Of a stretch of 64,000 bases of DNA, positions 13,789 through 27,874 are shown in pieces. The position numbers and the translations under genes were made by a program. Positions within the stretch are counted from its first letter, which is position 1. Each line of letters starts with the position of its first letter. Origin of the DNA: Cyanophora paradoxa CCMP329 (Eukaryota; Plantae; Glaucophyta); assembly GCA_004431415.1 (NCBI GenBank), contig QPMI01000017.1:806001-870000 (forward strand). The letters are read 5' to 3'. Under the pieces are notes generated by a model. That model searched no databases. It was given only the letters and a program-made list of their open reading frames with translations, and was not told the DNA's origin.

Positions 13789-16700
13789 ATGTCAGGCGAA
13801 CGGCGTACGCGGACGCATACGCGGCGCGGGCGAGCGCCGTCCGGATCTGCGGCGGCACTAGCGGTCGTGCTCGCCATTGCGATGGTCTGGGCGCGAGCGG
13901 GCATCGCCGCTGCAATCAGTGCGCTCTGGCTGCCGCGGCCGCCGCTCCCGCCGCGCCGCCGCGCGCCGCCGCGCGCGCGAGAGAGAGAAAGAGAGCGCTG
14001 ACCCGCGCGGCCGCGTGACAGGCTACAAGATGAATGCCGTGGCCGTCTCCTCGGACGACAGAGTCACGGCGACGTACGCGGGCGCCGGCGCGCTCTACCG
14101 CAACTCGACGGGCGGGTGGAGCTTCTTCTTCGCCGGAGGATCCTACGACCCCGGCACTGGCACCACGTACCGCCAGGCTTTCGCTGCCGACTTCGGTGAG
14201 GCTCGGGCCCGCTGGCCCCGGGCCCTCGGCCGCCCGACGTCGATGCCGTGCGTCTGAGCGCTCTTCTGCAGATACGGGGACTTGGAGTCCGCTCGGCACG
14301 ACTCTCTCTTATGATGGCGAGAGGTGCGCGTGGGACGGCGGGACCAAAATATACTGCGCCGGTGCGGCCAAAATTTTACGCCCTCGGTTCCGCCGAAAGG
14401 CATCGTGACGTTAACTGGGCTGGCAGGAGGGAACCCCTCGTACACGGCCTTCACGCAGTATGACACGGGCGCGTCAACATTCACCTCGCTGACGGCCTTG
14501 CCATTCTCCGTGTCCAAGCACTGTGCGCATGCATATGCATGCGCGGTCGCGATCGGCGCCGGCGGCAGCGCACCGCACATGCGCATGCCGGCGCCTTGCA
14601 ATTGACCGCCGCCCGCCGCAGGCATGACCTTCTACGGCGGCCAGCTGTGGGTTCGTTCCTTTGCGCTCTCATCCTGCCGCGAGCGCTGCTGTGATCGTGA
14701 TGTGCAAACGTCGGAGCCGCGTGCAGCTGTTTGGCGGCACGGACTCATCCAACGCGGGGTACAACCACCTGAAGCGGTGAGTCCCCGGACCCTTGTCCTC
14801 GCGCTTCGCTGCCACCGGCAACTCGAATCGGTCTCCTGCATATCTTCTCGTCAATCACTGTCCGCAGCTGGACGGCGGCCGGCGGCTGGACAGACGCGAT
14901 TGCCAACGGGAATGCCATGATCTCCAAGCGCTACGACATGGCATGCGCAAAAATAGGTGCGCATGCGCTGAATCGGCGCGCCGGCTCAGCGGCTCTCCTG
15001 CTAACGTTGCCGCCTCCGATATCGGGTTGGGTACCGCGGCCGGTGGGACACAGGTAGCAAGTGGTACTTCAGCGGAGGAGAGCTTACCACTAATGAGGCG
15101 AACATCTAGTGAGCCGACTCCTCTCCTATTGCAGTCTCGCCCCACTTCGCTTACGAGCGATCTTCGCACGTCGTGATTAGCGCGGTCGATCTCGCGAATA
15201 CGGCCGCCGGCATCGTCCTCGTATCGAGTTCTGCGGCCCTCACCGATGGTTACATTATCCAGTGGTCCCCTCCCTGGCCCGCTGGCAGCATAACGTTCTC
15301 CGGGCACATTCTGGCCGCCTGCAACGGCATGCTGGTTCTCATCGCGCAGCAGCTCCATCCGGTTCTGGTGCGCGTTCTATTCAGCCATATATATAGCTTG
15401 GAATTCTGCCCTAGAGCTGCACAAAGCTAATGCTGACGTTAATTGGCCTTGTGCTCAGGTTGATCCGGCTAGTGCGCACCTTTACATGTCGACCAGCGTG
15501 CGCATGGCTCGTGTCGCGTGCTCACCGCGCGCGCAGCCGGCAGAGTCTACGGCCGGGAGAGCTTCGTCCATGACAGCTTCCAGTGGCCGAAGAACGCGGC
15601 CTACGACTCTGACAACGACACCTGTGCAATGTGCGTGCGCGCGCGCGCTCGAGCGCACGTTGTTGAACGCTTCCTCTCCCGGCCCGTTTCAACTCAAGCG
15701 GACCCTCAGATTTGCAGTCAGCGGCGGGATCGGTAACTACGCGTCGACGCCCAGTCACGCCTTTAACTCACCTCACGCCTTCAAGATATCCGGTTCGAGC
15801 GTAGTTGTGAACATTGCCAATCGTTCATGATCGATATCACACCGTTTCTTGATCATTTCTTGTCTGGTCAGTGAGCGCGGTACCCAACCCGGCCACGCGT
15901 CCAGGTGATTCCTGCCCGCGACCAGCCGCAATTTACTTGTATGAACCCGTCGTGCCACAGTTGTGCACAGTTTGGCTTTGCGAGAAATTTCGACTACTGG
16001 ATACCCGACTGTGGGGGCTCTATTCATATCCGGGGGGGCTATGTACCGCGACTCAGCAGGCCGACTGAACTTCCTCACCGTGGGCGGGTCTGCATCTTGT
16101 CAAATGCATTCCTTCGGACTGCGTCTTCCAAGGAAACGCGTTGTGCCGATTACTCTGTTCCGAATCGCAGGGTAGACTCTGGGGATCAGCCTCAAACTGC
16201 AATCTGGAGGACAGACGTCGAGACGGGCGTGACGACAGCCTTCGGCGCATCGCTGAGTGCTGCGGCCCATTCGCAGAGCTGCGCGTGGGATGGCGGCGAC
16301 GGCGTGTGGTGCACAGGTCCGTGCTAGAAATGTCAATTAGACCGAGCATTCTAAAATATCGCATCTACCGGTTTCTACTAGCTGTAGTACCGTGAAGCTT
16401 TGGATTCGTCGAAATATTATAAATAATCGAAAATTCTGCCCACTCACATTTACGCGTACGGTGCGCAGGTGGCGCGACTGCTTATCCTGGGCCCGGAACC
16501 TCTGCGTCCTACAAGATCAGCCTCGCCTCCCCCGCAGTCGCTGCCCAAGCCAACATGCCGTTCTCTTCCAAGCTACACTGTGCGATCTGCCCGCCGCTGC
16601 ATGCAAATGCGCGCGTGCAGCTCTTGACAGCGTCACCTTTGGGGCCACGGCAGGTACCACGGCACACGGGGGCGCTCTGTGGGTCCGTTTATTTGCGCGG

Positions 16701-19700
16701 AGAACGTCTTGATCTTTGATTTCACCTTGCAATCTTCATATCAGCCACCCCTTTTACTGAACGTCGCTCCACTGTACGCGTGCAGTTGTTCGGGGGCACT
16801 GTCACTGACTTGGCCAACTTTAACCACCTCTGGCGGTTCGTTCCCTGTGGTGTGCCCAGGTGTCGTGCACCAGGTTTTAGATGCGATTGTTTTTATCTGC
16901 AGAATGGACTTCACAACGTTAGCTTGGACAAATCCTATTCTGGACGGTAACACGCAGATCTCGCGGCGTCGCGGGGCGGGATGCGCGAGGATCGGTGCGC
17001 GCGCGCTGTGCCTGACTCTGCCTGGTGCCACATCTCTCGCCCGGCAACGCAATCGCCGCAGGTAGCAAGTGGTACATTGCCGCTGGGGAGGACTTTTTGA
17101 AAGACGCTCGCGTCATTTAGTGCGTTAAAAATCTCGCTGCAGCTGGATCCGCCTATAAACGCAAGCTAAAGCCAGGATCATGCATGAACCCTGTCTGAAG
17201 AGTTGCGCTCCGCAGTGCAATTGACCTGACCAACACCGCGAGGGGCTTCTACGTCGTCACGCGCTCAAGCCTCTTCTCAGACGTGTATCAGCCCCCATTG
17301 GCACCGTATCGTCCGGCCTGGCCTCCAAAAATGCTGGGCGGCGCCCTGCTTGCGTGCAACGGTATTCAAGTCCTGCTGTCATAACCTTATGGCCTTGAAG
17401 CCTGCGCTCTCATAATCATGCGCACCTGCACTTAGGCTCGCTACTGAATATTGCGGAAGGCCACTACCCTTCGTTGGTGTGCTTCAGAACAAAGCGCTCT
17501 AATAATCATGATCATATAGATATGCATGTTTCCGTTTCCTAACAAAGCTACCAGATCGACCCGAATACTGGCACCGTGCACAGTTTCCGGACAGGAACGC
17601 TAGTTTTGGATGCGGGCATGTTCTTTCCCAGCCCAACCTTCCCGATGTACGGCTCTGCGGATGATGACGTCGGCTGCAATATGTGAGAGTCCCACCTAGC
17701 TATATAGCGCCGCTTTTGTCTTTTCAGCTTCCTCTTGAGGGGGCTCCTCAGATTTTTGGGAGGTGGCGTTCTTTTCGAGTATGAGAGCTTCTCCTTGAAC
17801 TCTCGCCTATTACTCCTCTCCAGTGCGTTTGATCGCTATGATGAGCCTGCTTTTCTGCGCATTGACCAAACGCAAACGGCTCGCAGTGTCAACCAAACCG
17901 GTATTAACCTACAACGTCACGATGACGTCTCGGGCCCAAGGAACGACCACCGGAAGAGACGGATCCACCGCAGTGCTGTTCACTTCGGCGGCGGGTCGGT
18001 ACCTCGCGACGTTCGGCGGCTACAACCCGACGAGGCTGCACAACACCGAAGTGGAGATTTTGAACCTCGGTCCGCTCAGTCTAGGCCTCGCGATTTAATA
18101 AGTTGCGCATGCCCTCGAATCCTGTTGCCTGACGAAACTTCGAATTCTACAGCGACGGACGCGTGGGCGCCGTACACAGCTAACGCCGCCACGGCTGCGC
18201 TGAGCGCGCTGCTTCCGAACGGCCTAAATAAAGCGATGTGCGCCTACGACGGAAGCCAGTACGTCTACTGCGCCGGTGAGCGACGTTGGCGCCGAACGAC
18301 CCGTGCCACCACGAGTCCAACCACTTTGCAGGCGGATTCGGCAATGGCGTATACTACAACAAGTTTTGGCGCGTCCCGACGACCCTGCCCTTGAACACGG
18401 TCGAATCACTTCCGAAGTGCGCCAATGTCACAGAGCTGGAGACCGAATCTAGATCTAGCGTGCCGAGCTCGAAATCAGCACATCTGATCATGACGACGCT
18501 GTCTTGCTTTCGCAGTCTGCCCCAGAACCGAGCAGGCGGCTGTGCGTATCTAGACGCAAAAGCGCTCTCGCGGTCTCGCGCTACTATGCCGTTCTGACTC
18601 AGTTTTGAAAATCAGGTGCGACAATCTGGAACAATTTCTTTTGGGTCAGTGCTGATTTTTGCATGAGCGTAATGAAATATTGTGAGAGACGGCATTTATT
18701 CGTTTGCTGTTCGAGCAGGTGGTCCAAGGAATCAACTTGGCCGCCACGTTGAACACGCGGAATGATCTAATCAGGTGCGCATGGACGCACTCGAAAGTGC
18801 CTCCTGATCTAGCGTGATTATATATATTCGATATCAGATATAGTCTCGCCGGCGCCCCCGGTGGGACCTGGTCGACAATCATCTCGGACGGGTCGGACCG
18901 GGTCATGTCGCACCGGTACCTTGCCTCCTGCGCGCTGATCGGTGCGTCGCGCACACTGCGAGCGGACCTTCTCGCAAGTGCCCCTGCGGTACTTCAAAAC
19001 GAGCGTGAGCTGCTGTCGCAGGGAGCAAGTGGTACATGTCGGGGGGCGTCCAGTTCGTGGCTAACACGCTCACCACCTTGTCCGAGCAACACGCTATCTA
19101 GTAAGAACTAATACTTACACTTTTTTGCGCCATGGATGTTTACCTGGCTCTTGCCGCCAGCTACGTCGATTTGGCGAATCCGACGGCGGGCTACCGTCTC
19201 CTGACCAACTCCCCCAAACTGACCCGCCACTTCACGGGATCGGCCTTTTTTTCGGGGACAAACAACTACGGCTCAGTGATGGGCGTCTGCAACGGCACGC
19301 TGCTTCACGTGCAGACCTCGCAAGTGAACAGCGGAATCCCCACCGTGCATTTCTGGCCGACGGTGGTCAATCCTGCAGGTGGGATGGCGCCAGAAGAAAT
19401 GTATAGCGTCATTGCTGATCATTCAGGACGCACCCCGACTGCAGACGGTCATGTTTACAGTGCAGACGCGTCCAGCTTGATCGTCTCCGGCGAGTTTGGG
19501 GCGCCGCTGTACTTCAGCCCGGCATCCGCCGGAAGCGGCGACGACTGCAAGCTGTGCGTTCCGCAATCGCAATATTCATGTTCCCTTAGCAATGTTCCCT
19601 TATTATTATTTGGTTGCAGATACGCCGTCGGGGGCGTTCTTGGGGGCGCTACTCAGACCTGGCCCAGCGTCGTTCGCGAGTTTTCCGGTGAGCCAGCCAT

Positions 19701-22700
19701 CCGTTTGAATGCCGGTCGGCTGCACTTGACGCACGTGCACGTGGCTGCAGCCGTCCGGTTTGTTCCGACGCCCACGCCGACTCCCAGCGCTTCGCCGTCG
19801 CCGTCGCCTTCCCCCAGCCCGTCGCCCTCGCCCTCGCCGTCGCCCAGCCCCTCGAGCTCGCCGTCCCCCAGCCCCTCCCCAAGCCCCTCCCCGTCTCCCT
19901 CCGCCCTCCCTCCCATCGGGCCGTCCCCTACCCCCTCCTTCGCCCCTCCTGCCCCCGGCGCAACGCCAACTCCGTCCCCGTCCCCGTCTCCGTCCCTCGT
20001 TGCGGCCCTGCCGAGGTCCGATCCGACGCAATCCGCCCCCGACGCTCTCGTGCGGGCGCGCTCCCGACGCCCCCGCAGCCTGGCGAACATCCGCGTCCTC
20101 GCGGGCGTCTCGGGCGACGGGCGGGTCGCCCTCCCGACTGCCGCCGTCGTCCTCGCGCCCCCCGCCTTCGTCGGTGACCGCTGCTCCGCGATCGCGTGTC
20201 CGCCCCAGCTTCTCTGAGCTCGCGCCCCGCGCAGTGGACGCCATCCTGTCGGCTTCGAGCTCGAATTCGTCGCTGGTGCGGTCTCGCGGATTGCTCGGCG
20301 GCGCCGGGCTTCCCCCGTACCTGTGCACCTGGCGCCAGCTCTCGGGGCCAGCCGTCATCTCCGGCAACCTGTCGACGCCGATTCTTAACGTGTCCGGGCG
20401 GGCGATCGCGATCGCCGCGGGCGTCCTGCCGGTCCGCTTCTCCTTCGGCCTGACCGTCGTGGACGCCGCGACGGGCCGCACGGAAAGCGGCTCCTTCCCC
20501 TTCGTCACCTTTGTCGCCCCGGGTGCGCCATCTGTCGTCTTTGTCTCTCTCTGGTCGTTGTTTTGACGCCGACGCCCGCGGGCGGTCCCACCAGTGACCA
20601 TGGTGGACCTTCTGCTTCCCAACGGAACGCTGCCCAAGCCCGTCACCATCACCGTCAACATCAACATCCGGGTGCAGGTGAATCTCAATCTCAAGACGTT
20701 TTCGCGCGTATGTGGAGGGTCCTGCGTTGGCCGTCGGTTTACAGGGGCGCAACGCGCAGGTCGAGGTAGTGGCCGCTCTCGCGCTCACGGACGGCGGGGC
20801 GGGGAGCGTCGACGTCGTGCCGAGCGGCACTCGCGCCACGTCCGGTTCCGGCGAGCCCTTCGTCGCCCCGGGGTGCGACCGGAGCCTCTCCTCGAGCTCT
20901 GTAATATATACGTTCTCAGCGCGCACGCGCGCTCTTGCTCTCGCGCTCGCGCGGCGCAGGCAGCCGATCGAGTTCGAGCTGGCGGGCCTGCCGGACCTCT
21001 CCGCCTACGCCCCCATCGCCGCCGAAGTCTTCCGCTACGCCTCCGGTGCCTCTGCCGCCTACTCGCGATCGCCGGCCCATCCCTCACGCCCTCCATGGCC
21101 ACTCACCGCACGCGGGCCGGCAGCCCTGTACCGGGCGCTCGACGACGTTCTAATCGCGAACCTGACGGTCCTCGCCCCAACCCTGCCCCGCAACGGCCGC
21201 GCCGCAGTCCTCCTTCCGTCAACCGTGCGCACGCTTATAGTAACCGTATCGCGCGCCATTAGCAAGAGCTCTGGCAACGTTAACCAATCTCTCCTTTAAT
21301 TTCGCATCAGATTCCGACTGGAATGTACAGGATGCGCATCGCGGTGAGCCCGTCTCGCGCAACTCTAAGTTTCGCTCGTTCTCTTTTCCTCATGGGGCAT
21401 GGCTCGGCCAGCTGCTGGGCCGCGACGGGGTCGACTTCGTCTTCGGGAAGGCGCCTGTGAACGCCACCGCCTCCAACTCGACCGCCCCGAACGCGACGGC
21501 GGGCGGGCGGCGGCGGCGCGAGCTCCTCCAGAGCGTCCCCGTGCGCCGTTTCTTCGGTGGCAAACCGCTCTTACGAGTGCCACTGACACTCCATCGGCGC
21601 GAAATTCGAAGGGGTTCGGGCTGGTGATCGCGTCGGGCACGAGCGCGCCCTTCCGCGTGCGGCCGGCGATACGGGGCGACCCGGAGCTCGCCGCAGCCGC
21701 CGCGAAGGTGCCCAGACGGCCCATGGCCATGCATTCCCGCTGATGCAACGCCGTACACGTGCTCACTCCGACCTCGCCAGGCAATCACGACCATGACTGC
21801 CGGTCTGCTGAATTCATTTTGCATTCTTGCCTGCGCTCCGAGCTCACGATCGCGTATTATGATTACGCGCCATCGACAGTCTCGTTGGGGCTCGCGGCCG
21901 CTCTCGGGATGGCGCAAGGCCCCCTGGGGCTCGCCGGCACCGCCCTGTCCCCATTCGGCACTGCCGGCGCTGCCGCGGCTGGGATGCTCGGCGGCGCGGC
22001 CGGCGGAGCGGCGGGGGCGCTCGGCGGCGCGGCGGGGGCGGGCGGGGCGCTGGCCGGGGGGCCGGGCGGAGCGCTCGCGTCGATGGCGACCAGCGGCGGC
22101 CTCGGGGCGAAGGCGGTCATCAACTCCGCCCAGTTCGCCTGTGCGCGCTTAAGCTTCCCTTACCCGGTCCGCCCGTCCATCCGTCCGTCCGTCCTAACGC
22201 CCCTTCGCCCGAAGACTTCTCCTCGTACTACAACGGCCTGAACTCGGCGTACTACAACATGAGCCAGGTGCGCTCGAGCTAGCTATAGCTCCGGCCACTC
22301 GAAAGCGCGCTTCTTCCGACGACGATGGCGACGCGCAGGGGCTCGCGTGGACGCTGCTCTACTTCCCGCTGCCCTTCCGCATCGCCACCAGCGGGCGGCC
22401 ACGCTTCGTCGACCCCCCGCCGCGCTCCACGCCCGCACCCGCGCTGGCTGCCGGCCGCGGGCGCGCCCTCCTCGCGGCGCGCGACATCGCCGGCAACGAG
22501 GCCTCCGAGCACGCCTGCGAGATGCTCCAGATGAGGCGCGTCGCCGCTACCGCCGATCCTGATCGACTTGCGTCGAAGTGATCTCTGACACGCGCGCCCC
22601 GCAGCCTCCTTTGGACCGGCGTCTGCATGGCTGGGGTTCGTTGACACTTTCAGCCATCCCATGCCCCTCTGATTCATCGACCCCTCTGATTCGACTGCGT

Positions 22701-24706
22701 GTTCCCCGCGCCCCGGCCCGCGCAGCTCTCCGTCCTCCAGATCGTGGCCTTCTACGCGTGGCGCGAGTACCGCAAGCGGCGCCCCTCCCGCGACCTCCGC
22801 TTCCCCCGCGCCCAGATCATCCTCATCTACACCACCGCCGAGGGTCCGAGCCCGAGCCCGCGCGCGGCTGAGACGGCGCCGCGCCTGCGTTTCCGAACTC
22901 GAGCCTCGCTTTGCGCAGGCTTCCTGATCGCCACGATGATGACCGCCTACTTCGACGGTGCGAGCCCGTCGAGCCCGTCCAAGCGCGTGGGGCCGGCGCC
23001 GGCGCTCACGTTGGGCCCGCCCGCCCCGGGTGCGCGCGCGCAGCCGGGTGGTGGGGCCTCACGGCGGCCATCTTGCTGGTCGCCCTCGGCGGCCTCCTCG
23101 TCGGCATCGTCCTCTTCGTCTCCTGGAAGGCCCGCGCTCCATTTTGCATGAGCTCGGTCTTCAGCTGAGACCGGCGCAGCTCTACAAGCACGGGCCGTCC
23201 ATCTTCGAGGAGGCCGAGCCGGTTCGTTCGCCTCTGCCTCGACCGGCCCCGCGCGCGCGGCCGCCGGCGTTGTCGGAGGCTCACGCGCGCTGCTCTGGCA
23301 GGAGCCGCCGTTCAGGGAGCGGCTCAAGGAGGCGCGGGAGGAGCGCGGGCCGGGCGCGTGGGGCGCCGTCCGGGCCTACGTGGACGCCACCTGGGACTGG
23401 CTCTTCCGGTGCGCCGCCCTCGGCCCCGGCCCGTCCCAATCAGCCGCCCTTCCCGGCTGACTCCAAGCGCGATTCGTTTTAGCGAGTTCGGCGAGTGGAA
23501 GGTGCGAGGCCGCGTCCAGACAACGCAACTTGGCAATCGCGCTCACAATTGCAACGTGCTGACGCGCGTCGCGGGGGCGCGTGAACAGATCAACGTGCAG
23601 CAGGCGGAGCTGGAGCAGGAGCGCCGCAGCCTCTTCACGCGCTACCGCTTCCGCGTCGCCTTTGCCGTCTTCTTCGTCTCCTGTGCGCCCCCCGACTTCG
23701 AACTCGAATTTATTTGGGGTTCCGCGACGAGGCACCGCCGTGTTCACTGTGGGCGAGCAGACCGGTACGGCGGCGGCGGGTTCGTCTTCGGCGTGTGGTC
23801 CGTGCTTACTCGCGTGTTCTGCTTCGCCGGCGGCTTTGTTGAGTTTAGTCTCTGCCAGGGACGTCTTCCGGAAGATCTTCAACGCCGTCCTCTCCGCCTT
23901 CCTCCTCTCCGAGGACCCCTTCTCCGACGTCGCCTCCGCCCAGGCCCGCTACCCCCCCCCCCCCCCCCCCCCCCCTGGTTTCCGCTTTGTGACAGCTGCG
24001 TGCGGGCGCGGGCAGACGGGGGCGGCGGTGGCGATCACCGTCGTGGAGATCGTCTGGGTGGTCGCCGCGCAGCCCTTCATGTGCGAACGAAGCTCCCTCC
24101 AGCACCTGAACCTTCGACGGCGCCCTCGCTGACGGCCCCGGCCGGCAGGACGCGGTACGACGCGGCGCTGACGGCGGTCATGGACGCGATGGACGTACCC
24201 ATCCTCCTCCTCCTCCTCTCGGCGCGCCGCCCCTCCCGCCCCTTAGCTTCGGCTCGCGCCGCTGAGAGAGTGGCGGGCGGGGGGCGGGCAGGCGTCGCGG
24301 CTGGACGTGGAGGACCCGGCGGCGACGGAGGCGATCAACACGGCCGTCTACCTCAACCTCGCGAAGAGCGCCCTCCTCCTCCTCGACCAGCTCATCGCCT
24401 CCTGGCCCCTCTTCGTGGTCAGCGGTCTAGATCTGGCAGCTGGTCGCGCCGTCCGCTGCGCCCCGCCCCGTTATTGATCGATATCGCGATCGCGCGCAGC
24501 TGGGGTGGGAGAAGCTGCGGGGCCTGGCGCAGCGGGCCCTGGGCGACCCCATCGGGAGGCGGGGCCGGCCCGAGGAGGAGGAGGGGGAGGGGGACGACCC
24601 CGAGAAGCCTGGCGACCCCGAGAAGGGCGGGGCGGACCCGAAGCGCAGAGAGGCGGGCATCCGCCCCGTGCACGGCCGCGGCCGCGCCCCCGTCATCCGC
24701 CTCTAG
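13789..24706 (+). CDS. Large cell-surface/membrane protein: signal anchor, three diverged kelch/beta-propeller-like modules, (Pro-Ser)n stalk, PKD/REJ-like region, C-terminal multi-pass TM domain; many exons
   Basis: N-terminal hydrophobic [22 protein letters not shown](W/Y)DG..(Y/W)C(A/T)G recurs at ~14325, 16280 and 18238. [15 protein letters not shown] stalk at 19765-19995. [11 protein letters not shown] resembles a PKD motif. Several TM exons at 22600-24420 ([57 protein letters not shown]). Last exon 24500-24706 ends in TAG. A single-gene model is inferred; not every junction was resolved. Confidence 0.6.
19765..19995 (+). repeat. Coding low-complexity (Pro-Ser/Pro-Thr)n repeat, extensin/mucin-like stalk
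   Basis: Translates as [44 protein letters not shown] in ORF 19132..20217. Confidence 0.85.
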
Positions 24707-25689
24707 CCACATCTAGATCCAGCTGTAGAAAATTCGCGTGCTGTAGCCTTTTTCTCACCAAATCTAGCTGTAGACAATATGCATGCTGTACACTTGGCCT
24801 TTTTCTCACTCAGCGTGTCATATTGCAATAGGTGAGAAATCCTCTGTCGACGTCTTTCTTTCCTCTGTACTAAGCTAGACCTCGGAGGTGCGAATCGGTA
24901 CCGGTGCGATTGCAAACTTCTGAAGGCACCGCGCCCGTTTAGTGTAAGCTGAACTTCAGAACCCCTGCCAGCCTAGTGCCAGGCTGAAGGCAGTTTCAAA
25001 ATTTCTCGTAGACCCATACTCATAATCAGCTGCAGTGTTTTGTTTTGTTTTCTTGACTACGTGCTTTTAAATCACTCTGAAGCTTCGAGTATTTCTCAAT
25101 TCTTGATCGTGATCATTCGAGAGCTCCGAGTCTCACGTGCACATGTATGTCTAGAGAGTTCACGTGCATTCTCCGAGTCTCACGTGCAGTCTCCGAGCCT
25201 CGGAGTCTATTACACGGCCTTTAGAGAGTTTTTCTCAAGAGGCTGGCCCTGGCTTGAACGAATTCGAAGTACATGGGCGACCGCAGATGCTGCCGCAGTG
25301 CAGTGCACCGATCATGATCATGAGTCATCGTGGCAATTTACTAAGTTAAAGGCATTCGGTTCGGGCTCTTGCCCCATGGCCAGCCAGGACGATAGGCTCA
25401 ATTGCAAGCTCTCGCCCCAGAACGAAGCCTTGGATCGATCCGAGGAAATTTGTACTGCAGCTGCATGCATATGCTTGACCCTGAAGCTGACACGCGACCT
25501 CTCAGGGGGCCTCGAGCTCATCAGGCAACATCGATTCGCAGCCTGGCAGCTGCAGATCTAGATCTAGATCTAAAGATGACGAGCCGCTGAGCTCGAGCTC
25601 GAGAACTGCAAGGCTGATCATGCCATGATGATCATGCTGGATCATAAATATATTTTTTTAATAATTTCTTTCCGGTAAACATGCAGCTA

Positions 25690-27701
25690 CTACGTTTCAC
25701 AGATCGCATCAAGCTCGAGGGCTACGGCCCGGGGCCCTCCTCGCCCCCTTCTGGCCCCTCCTCCGGAGCGAGGGCCTCCTGCGTGCACGCAGGGGCGCCT
25801 CAAAATCTCAGCCGTCGAGGGAGGGCGGCCGGGCCAGCGGGGCGGCCGGCGGGGCGGGGCGCGCACGCGGGCGGAGCGGTACGCCGCGTGCGCCGCCCGA
25901 GCCGCGTCGCTGCGGCCCACGAGCTCCACCTGTACCCCCGTGAGTCACGACCGGCCTAGGTGCCTGCAGGCTGCTCGGAGGGGCGCGCGCGCCTCGCAGG
26001 CGCGGAGGAGGCGCGGGTCGCTGGCGATGCCCCCCAGCAGCGCGGCCGCCTGCGCCGGCGTCAACGAGAAGAAGGAGGAGAAGGGAGGGGCAGGCGGGGC
26101 AGGCGGGCCTCGGAGGGGGGCCACGAGTCGCGGAGGACGAGGCCGGCCGAGGCGCCCTATGGGAGGGCCCGCAGCGCCCCCAGCAGCTCCCCTGCCACCC
26201 CGCCCGCTGAGCGAAGCGAGGAGGAGCCGAGCAGGGGCCGCACCGGCGGAGGCGCCGGCGGAGGGCTCGCAGTCGAGCCCCACGAACGCCGCCGAGGCCG
26301 CACGCGCTGCCCCGCCCCGCCCCGCGCTGAGCGGGGGGGGGTCCCTCGGGGAGGGGAGGGGCCCACAAACGGCGTACCCCGGAGCCAGCGGAGGAGGCCG
26401 GGGCTCGCGGGGCAGTCCAGCGCCTCGAGGCGGCTCCCCGATCCGAGTCAAAGGAAGGGGGCGGGGGCGGGGGCCGGGGCCGGGGCCGGCCGGCGGGCGC
26501 GCCTGGCGGCGCCCTCGAAGAGGCGCGCCTCGGGCCCGCCCCAGTCCTCGGGCAGGTCGCAGGCCTCAAAGCGGAGCGCCGCGGCGCCCGAGTCGGCCGG
26601 GAAGTCGTAGGGGCGGAAGAGGGCGGCGGCGGCGGCGAGGGCGCCGGGGGCGGCGAGGTCGGCGCGGCGGCCGCGCGGGGCGGCGAGGCGGAGGTGGCGG
26701 CAGCGGAGGCCGGCGGCGGCGAGGGGCGCGAGGGGCGCGGGCCGTCGCCCAGGGAGAGGCCCCAGAGGCGGCGGAGGCGGGGCAGGCGGGCCGCGAGGAG
26801 CGCCGCCTCCGGCCCCTCCACCAGCGCCCCGAGGTACTCCAGCGCCGCCATCGCCGGCACCTGCGCCGGGCGCTCGAGGACGAAGCTGCGGGGGTACGCG
26901 GATCTCGCGCCTCGAGGGGGGAGGAGAGGTGCACGGCGCCCTCGTGGCCGCGGAGGGCGAGGGCGCGCAGCGCCGCGCCCCGCTCCGCAAAGGCCGGCGC
27001 GAGGCGCGCGAAGACGTGCTCCAGCCGGCTCTCCATCTCCGCTGGGAGCCGGGGCCGGGCGTGAGGGGGGTACAGGCAAGGGTGGGGGGCGAGGGGGGTA
27101 CCCGGGAAGCGGAGGTCGAGGTGGCGGAGGGAGGGGGCGGCGGCGCGGAGGGCGTCTTCGAGGCAGAAGGCGGAGAGGTCGACCTGGGCGGCCTCGGAGG
27201 CGGCGCGGGCGCGGAGGAGGACGGCGAGGCGGAGGCGGGCGAGGCCGGCGCAGAGCGGCCCCGCCAGCAGCGCGGCGGCCTCCCCGACGGAGAGGGCGCG
27301 CGGGGCCATCGCCCCCAGCTCGAGGAGCAGCGCCGCGAGCGCGTCGGCGAGCGGCGACGCCGGCCACGGCCGCCGCGCGCGGAAGAAGGCGAGCAGCGCC
27401 TCGGCCGCCTCCCGCGCGTCGCCCTCCCGCACGTCGCCGACGACGCTGCGCGCCGCTCAGAGGCTTAAGCAGTGCCCGTGGCCGAACCTGCGCGCGCGGG
27501 CCGGGCCGGGGGAGCGCACACGAGGGACAGCTCGGTCGAATGTGGCGGCTCCAGCGCGGCGGCCCGCCAACGCCGGCAAACGCGGCTCGCCACGGCTCGC
27601 TGGCGCACGTCCAGCTTACTGAGCACAGCCGACAGGAGCTCGCGCGGAAGCGCGTACGTCGGCGCGTCCGCCTCGGCCGCGCCGGCTCCGGCGTCAACCA
27701 T
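25690..27701 (-). CDS. F-box protein with Leu-rich C-terminal region (paralog 1), multi-exon, 3' end approximate
   Basis: N-terminal F-box LPRELLSAVLSKLDVRQRAVASRVCRRWRAAA. Later exons (LAGPLCAGLARLRL, AAPSLRHLDLRFP, LEYLGALV) align with paralog 2. Confidence 0.75.
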
Positions 27702-27874
27702 CCCTATGCGTTGCGGCAGCTGGGATTCAAGCAGCAGCGACCGAGCGCCGCATCACCTGTTCATGTTACTGTACCCGGGCCGACCGACCAATTCCGGCCG
27801 AATTCAGCGTAGGAGTCAGCTTTGCGAGACGTGCACAGAAGAATCTGTAAGCTGGGAACGTCCACATGACTGCG

